Positions 19,018 to 29,552 of a DNA stretch of 64,000 nucleotides are shown in pieces. The stretch's first letter is position 1, and every line of letters begins with the position of its first letter. The position numbers were made by a program, and so were the translations under genes. This DNA is from a virus. Taxonomy: Duplodnaviria > Heunggongvirae > Uroviricota > Caudoviricetes. The stretch lies in IMG/VR virus record IMGVR_UViG_2579778842_000003; one strand, 5' to 3'. The notes beneath the pieces were generated by a model that saw nothing but the letters and a program-made list of their open reading frames with translations, was not told the origin of the DNA and searched no databases.

Positions 19018-21497
19018 TATACTGATGCTGCTGTGTACCATGTACCGTTGATACAATACTGAACCGGTCGATAATAAATCCCGCCGATATTGTCGGCTGA
19101 ATTACTTCCTGTTTCTTGAACAATAATACCTGTCATAACCAGTCCGCTTCCTAGATTCTGAGTCCAGGAAACAACATTGCTTGATGGTTTATAACTGGCA
19201 GCAGATCCCATTCTTACGCTTGTCACACAAGCCGTTTTTAATGTGTAGCGCGAGTCAAAATTACTATAGTTAGCTGGAAGTATTTGCCCGCCGCACTGGA
19301 AGTTACCACTGCTATCAAGAAATGCTTGGCCATCTGTACCATTTGATGTTCTTGAGTTGTTAATCATGTAAAAGCCGAATTGACTATTACCAAGACCACC
19401 AATAAAGAACTTTCTGTCAGCATGGTCTTGTCTTAATAATGCCTGGGCGGAACTGGTTGATACCTTATTAAGACCAAAAATAACATTTTGATCTCGCATA
19501 CTAATCCAAGAACCTGAGCTGCTATTAACAGAAAATCTGTTTGCATATACCCATGCATTGGTTCTTATATCGCCAGTTACATTGAGTCCATTACCGATTG
19601 AAACAGCCCCGTTAGCGTTGTTAATGGTAAGCGGTCTTAAACTATTCCATGTTCCAAGATTGTCACCCGAGGCGGTCAACATGAAGTATGTGCTTGAACC
19701 ATCGTTTCGGATAAAGAATCCATAGTTGCCATAGGCAATACGAAGACCATTCGCCGATTTGGAAATAATCTCGCCAGCGAATTTCGCATAGGAACCAGTC
19801 CTCAAGACTAACTCTTCCTGAGCGTCAGTTGTTCCTGTGCATAAGCGATAAACGTTATTCTCTATTGTTTCATGCCATATGCTTGCACCTGTGCTGGAGC
19901 GGAAACGTCGCAGATACATTTTTGCATCGTCAACAACTGACGTGAGCATGTCATGTTTATACTCACTTTGCGGCACGCCATTGCTATTGATTCCTCCCCG
20001 AAGAACAGTGCCACCCGGCATGGTAAAAATGCCATCTTCACCGAATATCCAATCACCTGAATTAGTACCATTGCCGGTTTCTTTATTCGGCGCAGCACAA
20101 TTTATCCGGATACCTGGTCGTCTGTTAGGGTTATCGACACCATCTTTAAATATGTACCCATCAGTTAGTGTTGTGCCGTCATTTTTCGTATATGTAAAGC
20201 GGATATGACGGCTTGTATGGCTACTAAAAATAAGATCGCTTTTAGTGGTAAGTAAAGGAGCTGTCAGACCTCCTAATAATGTGCCTCCGGATAGTGACAG
20301 CGCGCCAATGTTCTCTGGTGTCAACGAAATATCAGTAGTGCCATCGAAGGTTACTCCGTTGATTGTTCTGGCGGTCTGTAATTTAGTTGCTGTTGCAGCA
20401 TTACCATTGAGGTTTCCAGAGCTATAGAAACCACGACCATTGCTAAAATCAATAATTATGTCGGCAGCTATACATTCAGCTTTAGGGTTGGTTGCCCCCC
20501 ATTTGTATGTGGTTTGTCCAACAATATAATCCGTTGTAGGGACAACAACAGAAAGCCCCTCCTCCACAAGAACGCATACTGGAAATGCTCCGCCTTCAAT
20601 ATAAAAAACTGAGCTAACTTCATCGTCTTTATTGCTCATCGCAATAGAATGAATCGCCCGTTCTGCATCCTGATATTGCCAGAACATCCCGTATGCGTAC
20701 CGCCCTCTGTCACTCCAACCAGCAGGCATCACAAAACCATTGAATTCGCAGTTGTTCATGCGATGTGCAGCTTGGCGCGGCGCAGTGGAAATAATAACCC
20801 GAGAAGCAAGTTCACCATTGCTCGTTGCAGATCTCTTGATGACTACAGGATAGAATTTACCCTCTTCAGCTCCAGAAGGAGCATTGACTCTGGTGAATTT
20901 CATCCCTTTTTTAAGGTCTACTTCGGCTTTGCTGTAAACATCAATATTTTTTCTTGTTAACGCTACATCAGTTGGTTCTAATGCTCGGCATTTGCTATCA
21001 CCGGTAATCAGAAAATTACCGTCAATGTCTAATCCGGCATATTTATTGGTGTTGGTATCAGATTGTAGATGTAACGTCAGCCATGAGCGGTTGTCACTCC
21101 TGATCTCTGAATAAATTCTAAAACGACTTCTCTGTACCCCAGCTGAATTATTCAGATAACCACTTACAATCCCTGACGCCGCTAAATCAGCGTCTGTTGA
21201 GTTAACAAGGTTGATACCCTTAAATTGGGGGATGTCCGCAACACCTAATCCAAGATTAGTACGCCCTCCAGAGACGCTGGATGCACCTAATCCCCCATGA
21301 GTAATTGGTAAAATACCTTTTATGCCCAGAAGAGCATTTGATGAACCATCAAAGTCGATGGCGTTATCACTTTGGAGGTCAACTTGAAGCGACCTTTTGG
21401 TTTTCAATTTCGTTGCAGTATCGGCATTCCCTGCCAGCGCCCCGGTGATCCCGCCGTTGAAAGTCTGGCGTGAACTCCATGTGTTAGCCGTGCTCAA
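19017..21497 (-). CDS. Alternative tail-fibre segment Sv' (promoterless; expressed after Cin inversion)
   Basis: 826-aa ORF whose N-terminus (STANTWSSRQTFNGGITGALAGNADTATKLKT) is identical to the S segment after the cix site; distinct C-terminal body. Confidence 0.75.
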   Translation of the reverse strand: MSTANTWSSRQTFNGGITGALAGNADTATKLKTKRSLQVDLQSDNAIDFDGSSNALLGIKGILPITHGGLGASSVSGGRTNLGLGVADIPQFKGINLVNSTDADLAASGIVSGYLNNSAGVQRSRFRIYSEIRSDNRSWLTLHLQSDTNTNKYAGLDIDGNFLITGDSKCRALEPTDVALTRKNIDVYSKAEVDLKKGMKFTRVNAPSGAEEGKFYPVVIKRSATSNGELASRVIISTAPRQAAHRMNNCEFNGFVMPAGWSDRGRYAYGMFWQYQDAERAIHSIAMSNKDDEVSSVFYIEGGAFPVCVLVEEGLSVVVPTTDYIVGQTTYKWGATNPKAECIAADIIIDFSNGRGFYSSGNLNGNAATATKLQTARTINGVTFDGTTDISLTPENIGALSLSGGTLLGGLTAPLLTTKSDLIFSSHTSRHIRFTYTKNDGTTLTDGYIFKDGVDNPNRRPGIRINCAAPNKETGNGTNSGDWIFGEDGIFTMPGGTVLRGGINSNGVPQSEYKHDMLTSVVDDAKMYLRRFRSSTGASIWHETIENNVYRLCTGTTDAQEELVLRTGSYAKFAGEIISKSANGLRIAYGNYGFFIRNDGSSTYFMLTASGDNLGTWNSLRPLTINNANGAVSIGNGLNVTGDIRTNAWVYANRFSVNSSSGSWISMRDQNVIFGLNKVSTSSAQALLRQDHADRKFFIGGLGNSQFGFYMINNSRTSNGTDGQAFLDSSGNFQCGGQILPANYSNFDSRYTLKTACVTSVRMGSAASYKPSSNVVSWTQNLGSGLVMTGIIVQETGSNSADNIGGIYYRPVQYCINGTWYTAASV
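19580..19775. repeat. Internal inverted repeat, Sv' copy
   Basis: Reverse complement matches 17096-17291. Confidence 0.8.
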
Positions 21498-21517
21498 CAG
21501 GGGGATCTTTTCACCGC

Positions 21518-21543
21518 TGGTACCGAGTTCTCTTAAACCAAGG
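21518..21543 (-). promoter_or_regulatory. cix crossover site next to cin
   Basis: Reverse complement caatcctaaaccttggtttaagagaa; the right half is identical to the site at 15793-15818. Confidence 0.65.
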
Positions 21544-21544
21544 T

Positions 21545-22105
21545 TTAGGATTGAAATGATGACGCCGGAAACTTCTTATAAAGCGTGGAAACAGCCACAT
21601 CATAGATGATTGCAACCTGCTTACGGGGGATGCCCTTCTCGAGCAATCGCCGCATTTGCTGCCATGTTTCTTCTTGGTATTTAGGCCGACGTCCACCTAT
21701 ACGACCTTCTGCGCGAGCTGCATCAAGTCCAGCGCGTGTACGTTCAACGATAAGCTCACGTTCCATTTCAGCCAGCGCCCCCATTACGTGAAAGAAAAAG
21801 CGCCCCATTGGTGTACTGGTGTCGATGGAGTCAGTGAGACTCCGGAAGTTAATGCCTCTGTCACGCAGCTCTTCCACCAGCACAACTAAGTGACGCATGC
21901 TGCGCCCAAGACGATCTAACTTCCATACGACTAGGGTGTCACCTCTGGAAAGCATACGGAGAACCTTTTTTAACCCAGGGCGTTCAGCCTTTTTGCCGCT
22001 CGCCTTGTCCTCAAAAATTAGCTCACATCCTGCGCTTTCAAGAGCGTTTCGTTGTAAAGCAGTGTTTTGTTCATTTGTTGATACGCGTACATAGCCTATT
22101 AGCAT
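21545..22105 (-). CDS. cin: Cin serine recombinase (DNA invertase)
   Basis: 186 aa; Hin/Gin-family resolvase-invertase sequence with HTH C-terminus; adjacent to the cix site. Confidence 0.9.
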   Translation of the reverse strand: MLIGYVRVSTNEQNTALQRNALESAGCELIFEDKASGKKAERPGLKKVLRMLSRGDTLVVWKLDRLGRSMRHLVVLVEELRDRGINFRSLTDSIDTSTPMGRFFFHVMGALAEMERELIVERTRAGLDAARAEGRIGGRRPKYQEETWQQMRRLLEKGIPRKQVAIIYDVAVSTLYKKFPASSFQS

Positions 22106-22232
22106 ATTTTCTGCTCACTATCGTTATTTATAGCAAGCTGCGGATTTTAATTAACAAAAACCAGTATGTGTGGAAATCACAAAGTACATACCGTTTCCCA
22201 ATGATATTTAATTCACTATTAAGGAAATAGTT

Positions 22233-22514
22233 ATGTGTGATTTCACAATAATGCTCCTCTCCATCCTTGGCGGGGTGCATTCGTTTCTGAATGGGGTTCG
22301 TGAAAAACGTTACGAAGCGTCATGCAGGCAATTGATGGCCGAGTGTATTGCTGCCGTACTTGCAGGCTTTATAGGCATGTATTTCGCGGAATATAAGGGT
22401 ATGGATGAAAGTCTTCAGAATTGCGTGACTATTATTTGCAGCATCAATAACAGGCTCATTCTTGAAAAGTTACAAAGGATTATCGATTCGCACCTCAATA
22501 GAAATGCCTCTTAA
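22233..22514 (+). CDS. Small membrane protein (possible holin-like LydC)
   Basis: 93 aa with hydrophobic segments; first gene of the lysis/dar operon. Confidence 0.45.
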   Translation: MCDFTIMLLSILGGVHSFLNGVREKRYEASCRQLMAECIAAVLAGFIGMYFAEYKGMDESLQNCVTIICSINNRLILEKLQRIIDSHLNRNAS

Positions 22515-22581
22515 GCAACAAATGACCGGTTGAGAAGTTACTTTGCATACCATTACCTCCTGACAACGTAGGAGGGAACTT

Positions 22582-22911
22582 GTGCTTGACACACAGGAAT
22601 TAGCTCCAGTTGCTATTGCGCTCCTGCTTTCAGTAATTGGTGGGATAGGCACGTTCCTGATGGATGTCCGAGACGGTCGCCAGTCTGGCAATTTGTTAGG
22701 ATTGGTTACGGAGATCTTTGTTGCAGTGACAGCTGGCGCGGTGGCGTACCTATTGGGGCAACACGAGGGCTGGGAGTTATCAATTACGTACTTAATGGTA
22801 ACGATAGCCAGCAATAACGGTCATGAGGTGATTTCAGGGATGAAACGAGTGAATATCGATAGCATTCTGAATGTTCTTACAAGTTTGGTGAAAAAGGGAG
22901 GCGGGAAATGA
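22582..22911 (+). CDS. lydA: Holin LydA
   Basis: 109 aa with two or three TM helices and a charged C-terminus; upstream of lydB. Confidence 0.65.
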   Translation: MLDTQELAPVAIALLLSVIGGIGTFLMDVRDGRQSGNLLGLVTEIFVAVTAGAVAYLLGQHEGWELSITYLMVTIASNNGHEVISGMKRVNIDSILNVLTSLVKKGGGK

Positions 22912-23351
22912 TTGGCTGGGGTGTATGCGTTCTTGCGTTAGCCTTAGCCGATCGCTATTTGCTAAAACGCAAGGACATCACGCACTTAGAACTTGGTGAT
23001 GTGGAAATTAAACCGGGTTTCATCCGGGTGCCGTTCAAATACCGGTCTAAATTCCCGTTTTTGCGCGGCGCAACGGTCAGATATTGGATCCGCGATGTTC
23101 AGAAGCCGACGACAGTGATTGAAGGCGAACAACGTTGTCTGACGTCGGCTGAACAGGGCGAAAACAGTGAATGGTTGTACATACCCACTGAATATATGGG
23201 TAAAGGAGAGCGACTGTGGCATTTCAACGTCATGGTTACGCATGGCGACTCGTTCATTAACCCGTTGTATCGGATTTTCCCTGTTACTCAGCAAATCCGC
23301 AGAAGTTACGTAATAAATCTCGCACAGGATGTGTCAGATGACGAAAAATAA
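22908..23351 (+). CDS. lydB: Antiholin LydB
   Basis: 147 aa as recalled for P1 LydB; overlapping start. Confidence 0.6.
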   Translation: MIGWGVCVLALALADRYLLKRKDITHLELGDVEIKPGFIRVPFKYRSKFPFLRGATVRYWIRDVQKPTTVIEGEQRCLTSAEQGENSEWLYIPTEYMGKGERLWHFNVMVTHGDSFINPLYRIFPVTQQIRRSYVINLAQDVSDDEK

Positions 23352-23940
23352 GTATGCAACGGTCGATTTTGACCAGGTTAATGAAAAGGGGCTGAAATCC
23401 CTTATCGCGGCGATCAATAAAACCGGGGTTACGGTAATTGAGGTTGACTCCAGCAACCGCGCAACAACGAAAGATGGCGTTAAAGTTAAAACCGCAAAGC
23501 TGGTTCTTAACGACGGACAAATTCTTGCCATACAGGTAAACGATACTGGCGATATATCGTCTGTGAAACTGAATGGAAAAGCTATTCCTAACGCTCAGTC
23601 GCCGGATATCAAGACGCTTGGTACCGCCATGGGACAGGCGGCCCGCAAAAACTCCGCAAAATTCCAGAAATCACTGATCGCCAAAGCGAAGCGTGTTGCC
23701 AATCCGGTAGACAAGAAACCGGCAGTTAAATCCAACTTTCAGCGCCTGCAAGAAGCAAAACAGCGGAATGCTCAGGTGGTTGCCGCTTATAAGTCCGCGC
23801 AGAATTCGGTGTCTTTCAATCAACAGCAGATCACTGATTTGCGGGCGAAGCTGGATAAGGAGACGGGCCGACTCAATAACGAAAAGGCACGGAATGGCGA
23901 ACTCAAACGTCGTCTTAAGCAACTGAAAGCAGGAAATTAA
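23329..23940 (+). CDS. hdf: Hdf (homolog of DarA fragment)
   Basis: 203-aa ORF directly upstream of darA; Lys/Ala-rich coiled-coil C-terminus. Confidence 0.55.
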   Translation: MCQMTKNKYATVDFDQVNEKGLKSLIAAINKTGVTVIEVDSSNRATTKDGVKVKTAKLVLNDGQILAIQVNDTGDISSVKLNGKAIPNAQSPDIKTLGTAMGQAARKNSAKFQKSLIAKAKRVANPVDKKPAVKSNFQRLQEAKQRNAQVVAAYKSAQNSVSFNQQQITDLRAKLDKETGRLNNEKARNGELKRRLKQLKAGN

Positions 23941-23941
23941 C

Positions 23942-25861
23942 ATGGAACAGTTCAATATCAATAAAGGGGTGACGCTCAAGCCTGGGCTTGACGTGCTTCC
24001 CCCGCCAGTGACTGATGATGAATATCGCGCATTAATGGCCGGTGAGGACCGCTATCTGATGACGGAATCCAACACCCTGGAGGAAATCGAGGCTACGTTC
24101 TTCTATGACACGCCGATCCACTGGTGTGCTACGGATTTACTGGAGGCGATTAGTTCTACTCGTTTGCAGTTACACCGGACCATGCAGGCATTTGTCCGGG
24201 CATTGAACCAGAAGCTGAATGGTACCGGAATCTCTGCGGGGAGTGATAAAACGGGGGATGTGGCCCAGAGCGGCGCGCGCGCGATCGGCGGCGCTGAAAT
24301 TGGCCGGGCACGTAACGTTAACGGGCTGCCGGTCTTGCCAGCCATTATTCCGCTCAGTGATGGTCAGACTATCAGCATTCTGTTTCATAGCCCGACAGCG
24401 GAAAACCGGATCACCAATAGCGATACGCTGGTTGCTTTCCAGTTCTTACTGAATAAAAAAGACGTTACTCACACCGTTGCTCCGATGAGTGGACGTGATA
24501 TGACGCTGGCGCAGGTCACCATGAAACTTGCCAACCTTGCAGAGAAAAACTCGGCAAAATTCCAGCGTGCGCAGAAGAAGAAAAAAGCCCTTGTTGATGA
24601 AATAACCCAACTACAGGCTGACAGTGACCAGAAAGAGGATGCCATGAGCGACCTCGCGGATCAGGTGGCAGCGGTAGAAGGGCAGAAGGTAGATCTGGAG
24701 CAGAAAATTAACGCTGTTGCATCGGAAGCGGATTCTCTTTATGAAGAGAATGAGCGTTTGCAGACGGAGATTGATCAGCTCAATCGCACAGGTGGGCGCG
24801 ATACCATTGATCCAGCGGGGATGACTGGTGGGCACTCGCGCGCGCTGACGGATCGCCTTGCAAGTATCAAAAATCGTATGCATATGAACGGGGAAGTGAC
24901 GCTCAGTAATGGTGCATCAATGAAGCAATTCATTGAGGACGGTGAAGGGTATATCCAGTTAACCGATTCGGATGGCAGCGTGTACATGATCAAGGCTAAA
25001 TCCATACAGGGTGTGGACATGGCAGATGCGATCGGCAAGCTGTTTAAAGCCTATAAAGCGGGTAATGTATCGGAATACCTGGTCCAACCAGAAGAACATA
25101 AACCGGAAAACGTCGAACCTGAACCAGCGGAGGATACCGGTAGCTCTTCGCCTGAACCAGAAGTCTCTATAGGTGCATATCGATATGCCCTGCAAATGCG
25201 TCCGGCGGCCCCTGGCGCAATACCTGAAGGTAACAAAGCAATTCTGCCGCGCCCTGATGAAGGTGACCCGTATTATGAATATGCACGCTACGGCATTGCT
25301 ACTTACGATACCCCGCTTTCTGATCAGCAAATGAGTGAGTACGACCTGAAGTTATTGCCTCGCGAGGATTCTTTCGACTTCCTGGCGAAGACACTTACTA
25401 ATGGTCCGTTTGGCAAATATGCACAAAAAGCTCTGGAGCTGGCCACCAGCTCACCAGACGAGTTCCGCGTAATGCTGAAAACTCAGTTTCAAAAAACTTT
25501 CCCCAATATTGCGTTTCCGGGGGGCGCTGGCACCGAGAAAATGGTGCAGAGCATGATCAATGCATTGCAGGCCGAAGTCGGTGAGATTACTCAGCCAGAA
25601 CCTGTCCCGGCACAGCCTGATGAAACGGTTAGCGAAGCAGATGCAGAGGCTAATAAAGCCATTGAATATCTCAATAACGTGATGGATATGCAAAGCACTG
25701 ACATGGCGGAGATCCGTAACGCCCGGGGTAATGTCCGGGAAGCGATTGCAGTCCTTCAGGCTGCCGGGCGTTTTGAGGAAAACGAAGAGCTGGTTAATGG
25801 CGCTGCTCGCCACCTGGCTGATCTGCTGGTAGCAATCCAGAAAGCGGGGGTAGCGGCATGA
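23942..25861 (+). CDS. darA: DarA, virion anti-restriction protein
   Basis: 639 aa, matching P1 DarA; position in the dar operon. Confidence 0.75.
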   Translation: MEQFNINKGVTLKPGLDVLPPPVTDDEYRALMAGEDRYLMTESNTLEEIEATFFYDTPIHWCATDLLEAISSTRLQLHRTMQAFVRALNQKLNGTGISAGSDKTGDVAQSGARAIGGAEIGRARNVNGLPVLPAIIPLSDGQTISILFHSPTAENRITNSDTLVAFQFLLNKKDVTHTVAPMSGRDMTLAQVTMKLANLAEKNSAKFQRAQKKKKALVDEITQLQADSDQKEDAMSDLADQVAAVEGQKVDLEQKINAVASEADSLYEENERLQTEIDQLNRTGGRDTIDPAGMTGGHSRALTDRLASIKNRMHMNGEVTLSNGASMKQFIEDGEGYIQLTDSDGSVYMIKAKSIQGVDMADAIGKLFKAYKAGNVSEYLVQPEEHKPENVEPEPAEDTGSSSPEPEVSIGAYRYALQMRPAAPGAIPEGNKAILPRPDEGDPYYEYARYGIATYDTPLSDQQMSEYDLKLLPREDSFDFLAKTLTNGPFGKYAQKALELATSSPDEFRVMLKTQFQKTFPNIAFPGGAGTEKMVQSMINALQAEVGEITQPEPVPAQPDETVSEADAEANKAIEYLNNVMDMQSTDMAEIRNARGNVREAIAVLQAAGRFEENEELVNGAARHLADLLVAIQKAGVAA

Positions 25862-26223
25862 CACTATCAGCTATTGAGTTAATGGATCTCAGCGATAAGT
25901 TGGATGCTCTGATGTCCAAAGCGGCTACCGCGAGTGGCATGGAGTTGCTGGATATCAGCGATGAAATTGACCAGATCATGCAACAGATGGGGTACGGAGC
26001 GTCCGGCGGCAGTAGTGGCGAGGAAAAACAACCTTCGGTACATGATGGTGTGCCAAAACTGGTTGCTGATTTCCTGGCTGATAAATTCGTCGATCAGAGC
26101 ACAGATGCATTTATCGGTACCTTGCAGGACTTGAGTCAATATGTTGGCACATACATCGACCTGGACCAGGTTAAACAGCACACGGCGGCATGGATAGCCG
26201 CCAACATTAAAGAGGCAGCATAA
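25858..26223 (+). CDS. ddrA: DdrA
   Basis: 121 aa; overlapping start; synteny. Confidence 0.6.
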   Translation: MTLSAIELMDLSDKLDALMSKAATASGMELLDISDEIDQIMQQMGYGASGGSSGEEKQPSVHDGVPKLVADFLADKFVDQSTDAFIGTLQDLSQYVGTYIDLDQVKQHTAAWIAANIKEAA

Positions 26224-26235
26224 GGCGTAACAGGG

Positions 26236-29223
26236 ATGAGCTTAAGCGATCAGGTGGTAATGGCCACCAGCATAGAAACGCTGATCGAGCTGCTAAAGAA
26301 CCTGCCCGATTATGGGCGGGTTTCGTATGTGGTGACAGCGAAGGGAGACGAGGTAAAAACAGCGTTTGATATCGTCGATGCCTCAGCTCTTTTGGTATCC
26401 AATACTCTGGATGGGAAAATTAATCCAGACTATCCCCAGGAACTTCAGCCGCGCGACCGGACCCGCGCATCCAGCCTTCTTCAGGTCAACCAGATATCCA
26501 AGGATTTGCGTCCTGCCCAGCTTACCGATTCCGGTTTATCCAGCCATGGCGCGCCAATAATTGGTGAGGACAATGCCGTTGAGTCAGGTAATGGGCGGAC
26601 CATGGGGATCATTAAAGCCTATCAGGACGGTAATGCGGATCGGTATCGGGAGTACCTGATTGAACATGCGACCGAATTCGGCATACGGCCTGAAAAGGTT
26701 GAATCAATGACGGCTCCGGTACTGGTGCGCCGCCGGTTAACGAAGGTTGACCGTGTTCAGTTTGCCAAGGACTCAAATATTTCTGATCTCCAGGAAATGG
26801 CAGCCAGTGAAAAGGCTTTTGTTGATGCCGACAGCATAACACCGGCGATGATGGCGTTGTTTAACCCGTCAGAAAGCGGAGATCTGCTTAGCCGCAGTAA
26901 TGACGCGTTTATTCGCGGATTCATGACGCAAGTTGGTGCCACACAGGCTGCTGGCCTTGTAACGGAAGATGGGCGACCAACACGGCAACTTGTAGACCGT
27001 ATACAAAACGCGATCTTTGCCAAGGCATATAAGGATGCGCGCCTGGTAAGGATGGTTGCAGAAGAACCTGATCCGGATATGCGTAATGTTCTGACGGCGC
27101 TTAATGCGGCAGCCAATGATTTTGTCCAGATGCAGGCTTTATCAGGAGAAGCGCACAAGCAGGCTGTGACAACTATTGTTGATGGTATTGAGACAGCGGA
27201 TAGTCTCGATAAAAAGGCGCTGGCGGCATTGAAAGATGCGGTAGACCTGGTAAGGCAATCGAAGGAGTCAGGCCAACATATTACCGATGTTATTGCTCAG
27301 GGGGATATGTTCAGCGAAACAGCCCCGGAAGTGAAAGCTCTCGCGTTGTTCATCGTCGCGAATAACCGTAGCGCGAAGCGTATGGCCACCGCCTTTAAAT
27401 TGATGGCTCAACGTATCAATGATGAGTTACAGCACCAGGGCCAGGCGCTGGGGGATATGTTTGGCGGTGGTGATGTGTCGTTACAGGATATCCTTCGCCA
27501 GGTGTCTCAGGAACTGGAAAACGAAGGCATGCAAGGGATATCCGGCGGTCTTTTCGAGTCCGTTTCCGGCGGTAGTTACAACGGTGTTGCTCCATATACC
27601 AGCTTGCTATTACATCGGGCATCCGGCATCAAAGACATTATTCATCTGATCAGGCTGCTTTCCCGTACAGATCCCCAGGATGAACAGCTTGTACAAGTGC
27701 TTGCGCATTTTGTTCGAATGCCTGTTGCCGACGTGAATAAATGGTGCCGATTATTCGGTATCAGCAATTCGTTACTTCGCGGATTGTTAAATCACGCATC
27801 CTCCCTTGGGCGCGACGGCTTTGATGAGATAGCGCAGGCGATAAAAAACGGAGATATGCCACCAGCTATTGACTGGTTTTCCATTCGCCCAACCAGGGTG
27901 AAAGCATTCCTTAGAGCGGCGCAATCAGCATCACCATTGGCAGAAATGGTTCAGAGGTTATCGCTCATATTCACAGACCATACCGCGTTGGGTGATCTGA
28001 CTCTGGACGAGATGAAAGAAGCCTCCATTCAGTGGGCCGATCAACAAAATGAGGTTAACTCAGACTTCTTGCCAGCATTCAGGAAGGCCGTTAGTAAAGC
28101 GGATGATGCCCGTGAAATTCTGAAGGCATTTAAGGCATTGCAAAGTCGTGTTAATAAACATGTCGGTGATATCGATGGGGTAACGGCGGAAGGCCGGGAT
28201 ATCCTTAAAGAGCACGGCATAACGCCAGAGTTTATTGATGAGATCAGGACTGATATGCAGCGTGAGGTCGTATCGTCCCTGCAAATCGTAGCCAGAGCGT
28301 TGGCGGATGCTAATCCGAAGAGTGCGGCCATTGTTAACCGGGTTATTGGTGATATTGAAGCATCGGAGGGCATGGGGGCGCTGAAACTCTTCCTTTCGCG
28401 AGCGTTTAATCCTAACGGCAATATTCTCCCTGGCATTATTGGTGAGGCTAAAAAGTATGTCAGTGAAGAAGAACTTGAGCAGCTTGACCAACTACTTAAG
28501 CGATTCTCATATAACCCGCAGACACGCTGGCAAATGAATCAGCGAAGTATGGGTTCGGTCCACGAGAAAGTGTTATCTGCCATGAACAGTGCGATCGCAA
28601 ACTCATCCGTATCTGAAGAAAAAGCTCTTGAGTGGGCCGACTCTTTTATCACAGAAGAAGTGGAAGAAGCCCGCGCTGGACAGAATGGTGGGATAGACCT
28701 GCGCAAGGAACTTGCTGATATTTATCGCCTGACTGGCGGGAAAATATCGACCTTATCAAAGGTAGTTCACCACCAGGGAAGGGCATATGCAAATCTAAAT
28801 GGTGTTGTTGCTGTCAATTTGAACGATGAAAATGCAAGTGCACTGTGGCACGAGCTGGGTCATCATCTTGAGTACAGTAACCCTGGTTTGTTAGAGAAAG
28901 CCCGGTCATTCCTGAAGGCCAATGTTGAAGGGGATAAGCCATCTTTCGTCAATATCGGTGGGCGTGGCAAGCCTGAATGGTGCTTCAGATCTCGATTGAG
29001 TAATATTTATATGGCGAAGGTATACCCGCCAGCCTCAGTAAGTAACACCGGGAAAATTCGGCAGAAATCACCGACTATTTCCAAAACGTCAGCAACGGAA
29101 GTATTCTCTATGGCTCTTCAGTTGTATCATGACAAAGAGGCCGCTGCCGCATCACTGATGAATGGTGACGGATTGCTGGAACTGTTATTAGGTGTGGCAA
29201 AGGAGCTAAATAATGCAGATTAA
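26236..29223 (+). CDS. ddrB: DdrB, large dar-operon protein
   Basis: 995 aa; synteny with P1 ddrB. Confidence 0.65.
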   Translation: MSLSDQVVMATSIETLIELLKNLPDYGRVSYVVTAKGDEVKTAFDIVDASALLVSNTLDGKINPDYPQELQPRDRTRASSLLQVNQISKDLRPAQLTDSGLSSHGAPIIGEDNAVESGNGRTMGIIKAYQDGNADRYREYLIEHATEFGIRPEKVESMTAPVLVRRRLTKVDRVQFAKDSNISDLQEMAASEKAFVDADSITPAMMALFNPSESGDLLSRSNDAFIRGFMTQVGATQAAGLVTEDGRPTRQLVDRIQNAIFAKAYKDARLVRMVAEEPDPDMRNVLTALNAAANDFVQMQALSGEAHKQAVTTIVDGIETADSLDKKALAALKDAVDLVRQSKESGQHITDVIAQGDMFSETAPEVKALALFIVANNRSAKRMATAFKLMAQRINDELQHQGQALGDMFGGGDVSLQDILRQVSQELENEGMQGISGGLFESVSGGSYNGVAPYTSLLLHRASGIKDIIHLIRLLSRTDPQDEQLVQVLAHFVRMPVADVNKWCRLFGISNSLLRGLLNHASSLGRDGFDEIAQAIKNGDMPPAIDWFSIRPTRVKAFLRAAQSASPLAEMVQRLSLIFTDHTALGDLTLDEMKEASIQWADQQNEVNSDFLPAFRKAVSKADDAREILKAFKALQSRVNKHVGDIDGVTAEGRDILKEHGITPEFIDEIRTDMQREVVSSLQIVARALADANPKSAAIVNRVIGDIEASEGMGALKLFLSRAFNPNGNILPGIIGEAKKYVSEEELEQLDQLLKRFSYNPQTRWQMNQRSMGSVHEKVLSAMNSAIANSSVSEEKALEWADSFITEEVEEARAGQNGGIDLRKELADIYRLTGGKISTLSKVVHHQGRAYANLNGVVAVNLNDENASALWHELGHHLEYSNPGLLEKARSFLKANVEGDKPSFVNIGGRGKPEWCFRSRLSNIYMAKVYPPASVSNTGKIRQKSPTISKTSATEVFSMALQLYHDKEAAAASLMNGDGLLELLLGVAKELNNAD

Positions 29224-29521
29224 AATCGCAGCGCCATTAGGTGGAGATGCCATTATCGAATTTGATGATAATGAAGAAGTTTCCGGGCGTTTAAGCATTA
29301 TCTCCGGTGACATTACCGAGGACATGATCGCTGAAGCCATAGCTGGGGCAAATCCCAATAGCTATATGGGATTCGTTAACACCCTTGATGCTCCCGCAAG
29401 TGATGTTCTCCGAACGCTGCATCTTTACGCTGGCTGGTTTGTTGATTGGCCAGCAGTAGATGGTGGCGATGAGGACGACGACGATGATTTTGGTGATCAT
29501 GTAGACCAGATCGTATATTGA
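29213..29521 (+). CDS. Small acidic protein (hxr position)
   Basis: 102 aa with a poly-Asp C-terminus; last gene before the convergent terminator. Confidence 0.5.
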   Translation: MQIKIAAPLGGDAIIEFDDNEEVSGRLSIISGDITEDMIAEAIAGANPNSYMGFVNTLDAPASDVLRTLHLYAGWFVDWPAVDGGDEDDDDDFGDHVDQIVY

Positions 29522-29523
29522 AG

Positions 29524-29552
29524 AAATCCCGCCAATCGGCGGGATTTTTTTT
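29524..29552. terminator. Bidirectional intrinsic terminator
   Basis: aaatcccgcc-aat-cggcgggattt followed by a T8 run; lies between convergent genes. Confidence 0.75.

Larger units (their letters stand above)
15793..21543. other. Invertible C segment (tail-fibre shufflon), about 5.75 kb
   Basis: Bounded by inverted cix sites; contains the 3' part of S, U, and inverted U' and Sv'; cin lies immediately outside. Confidence 0.75.
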
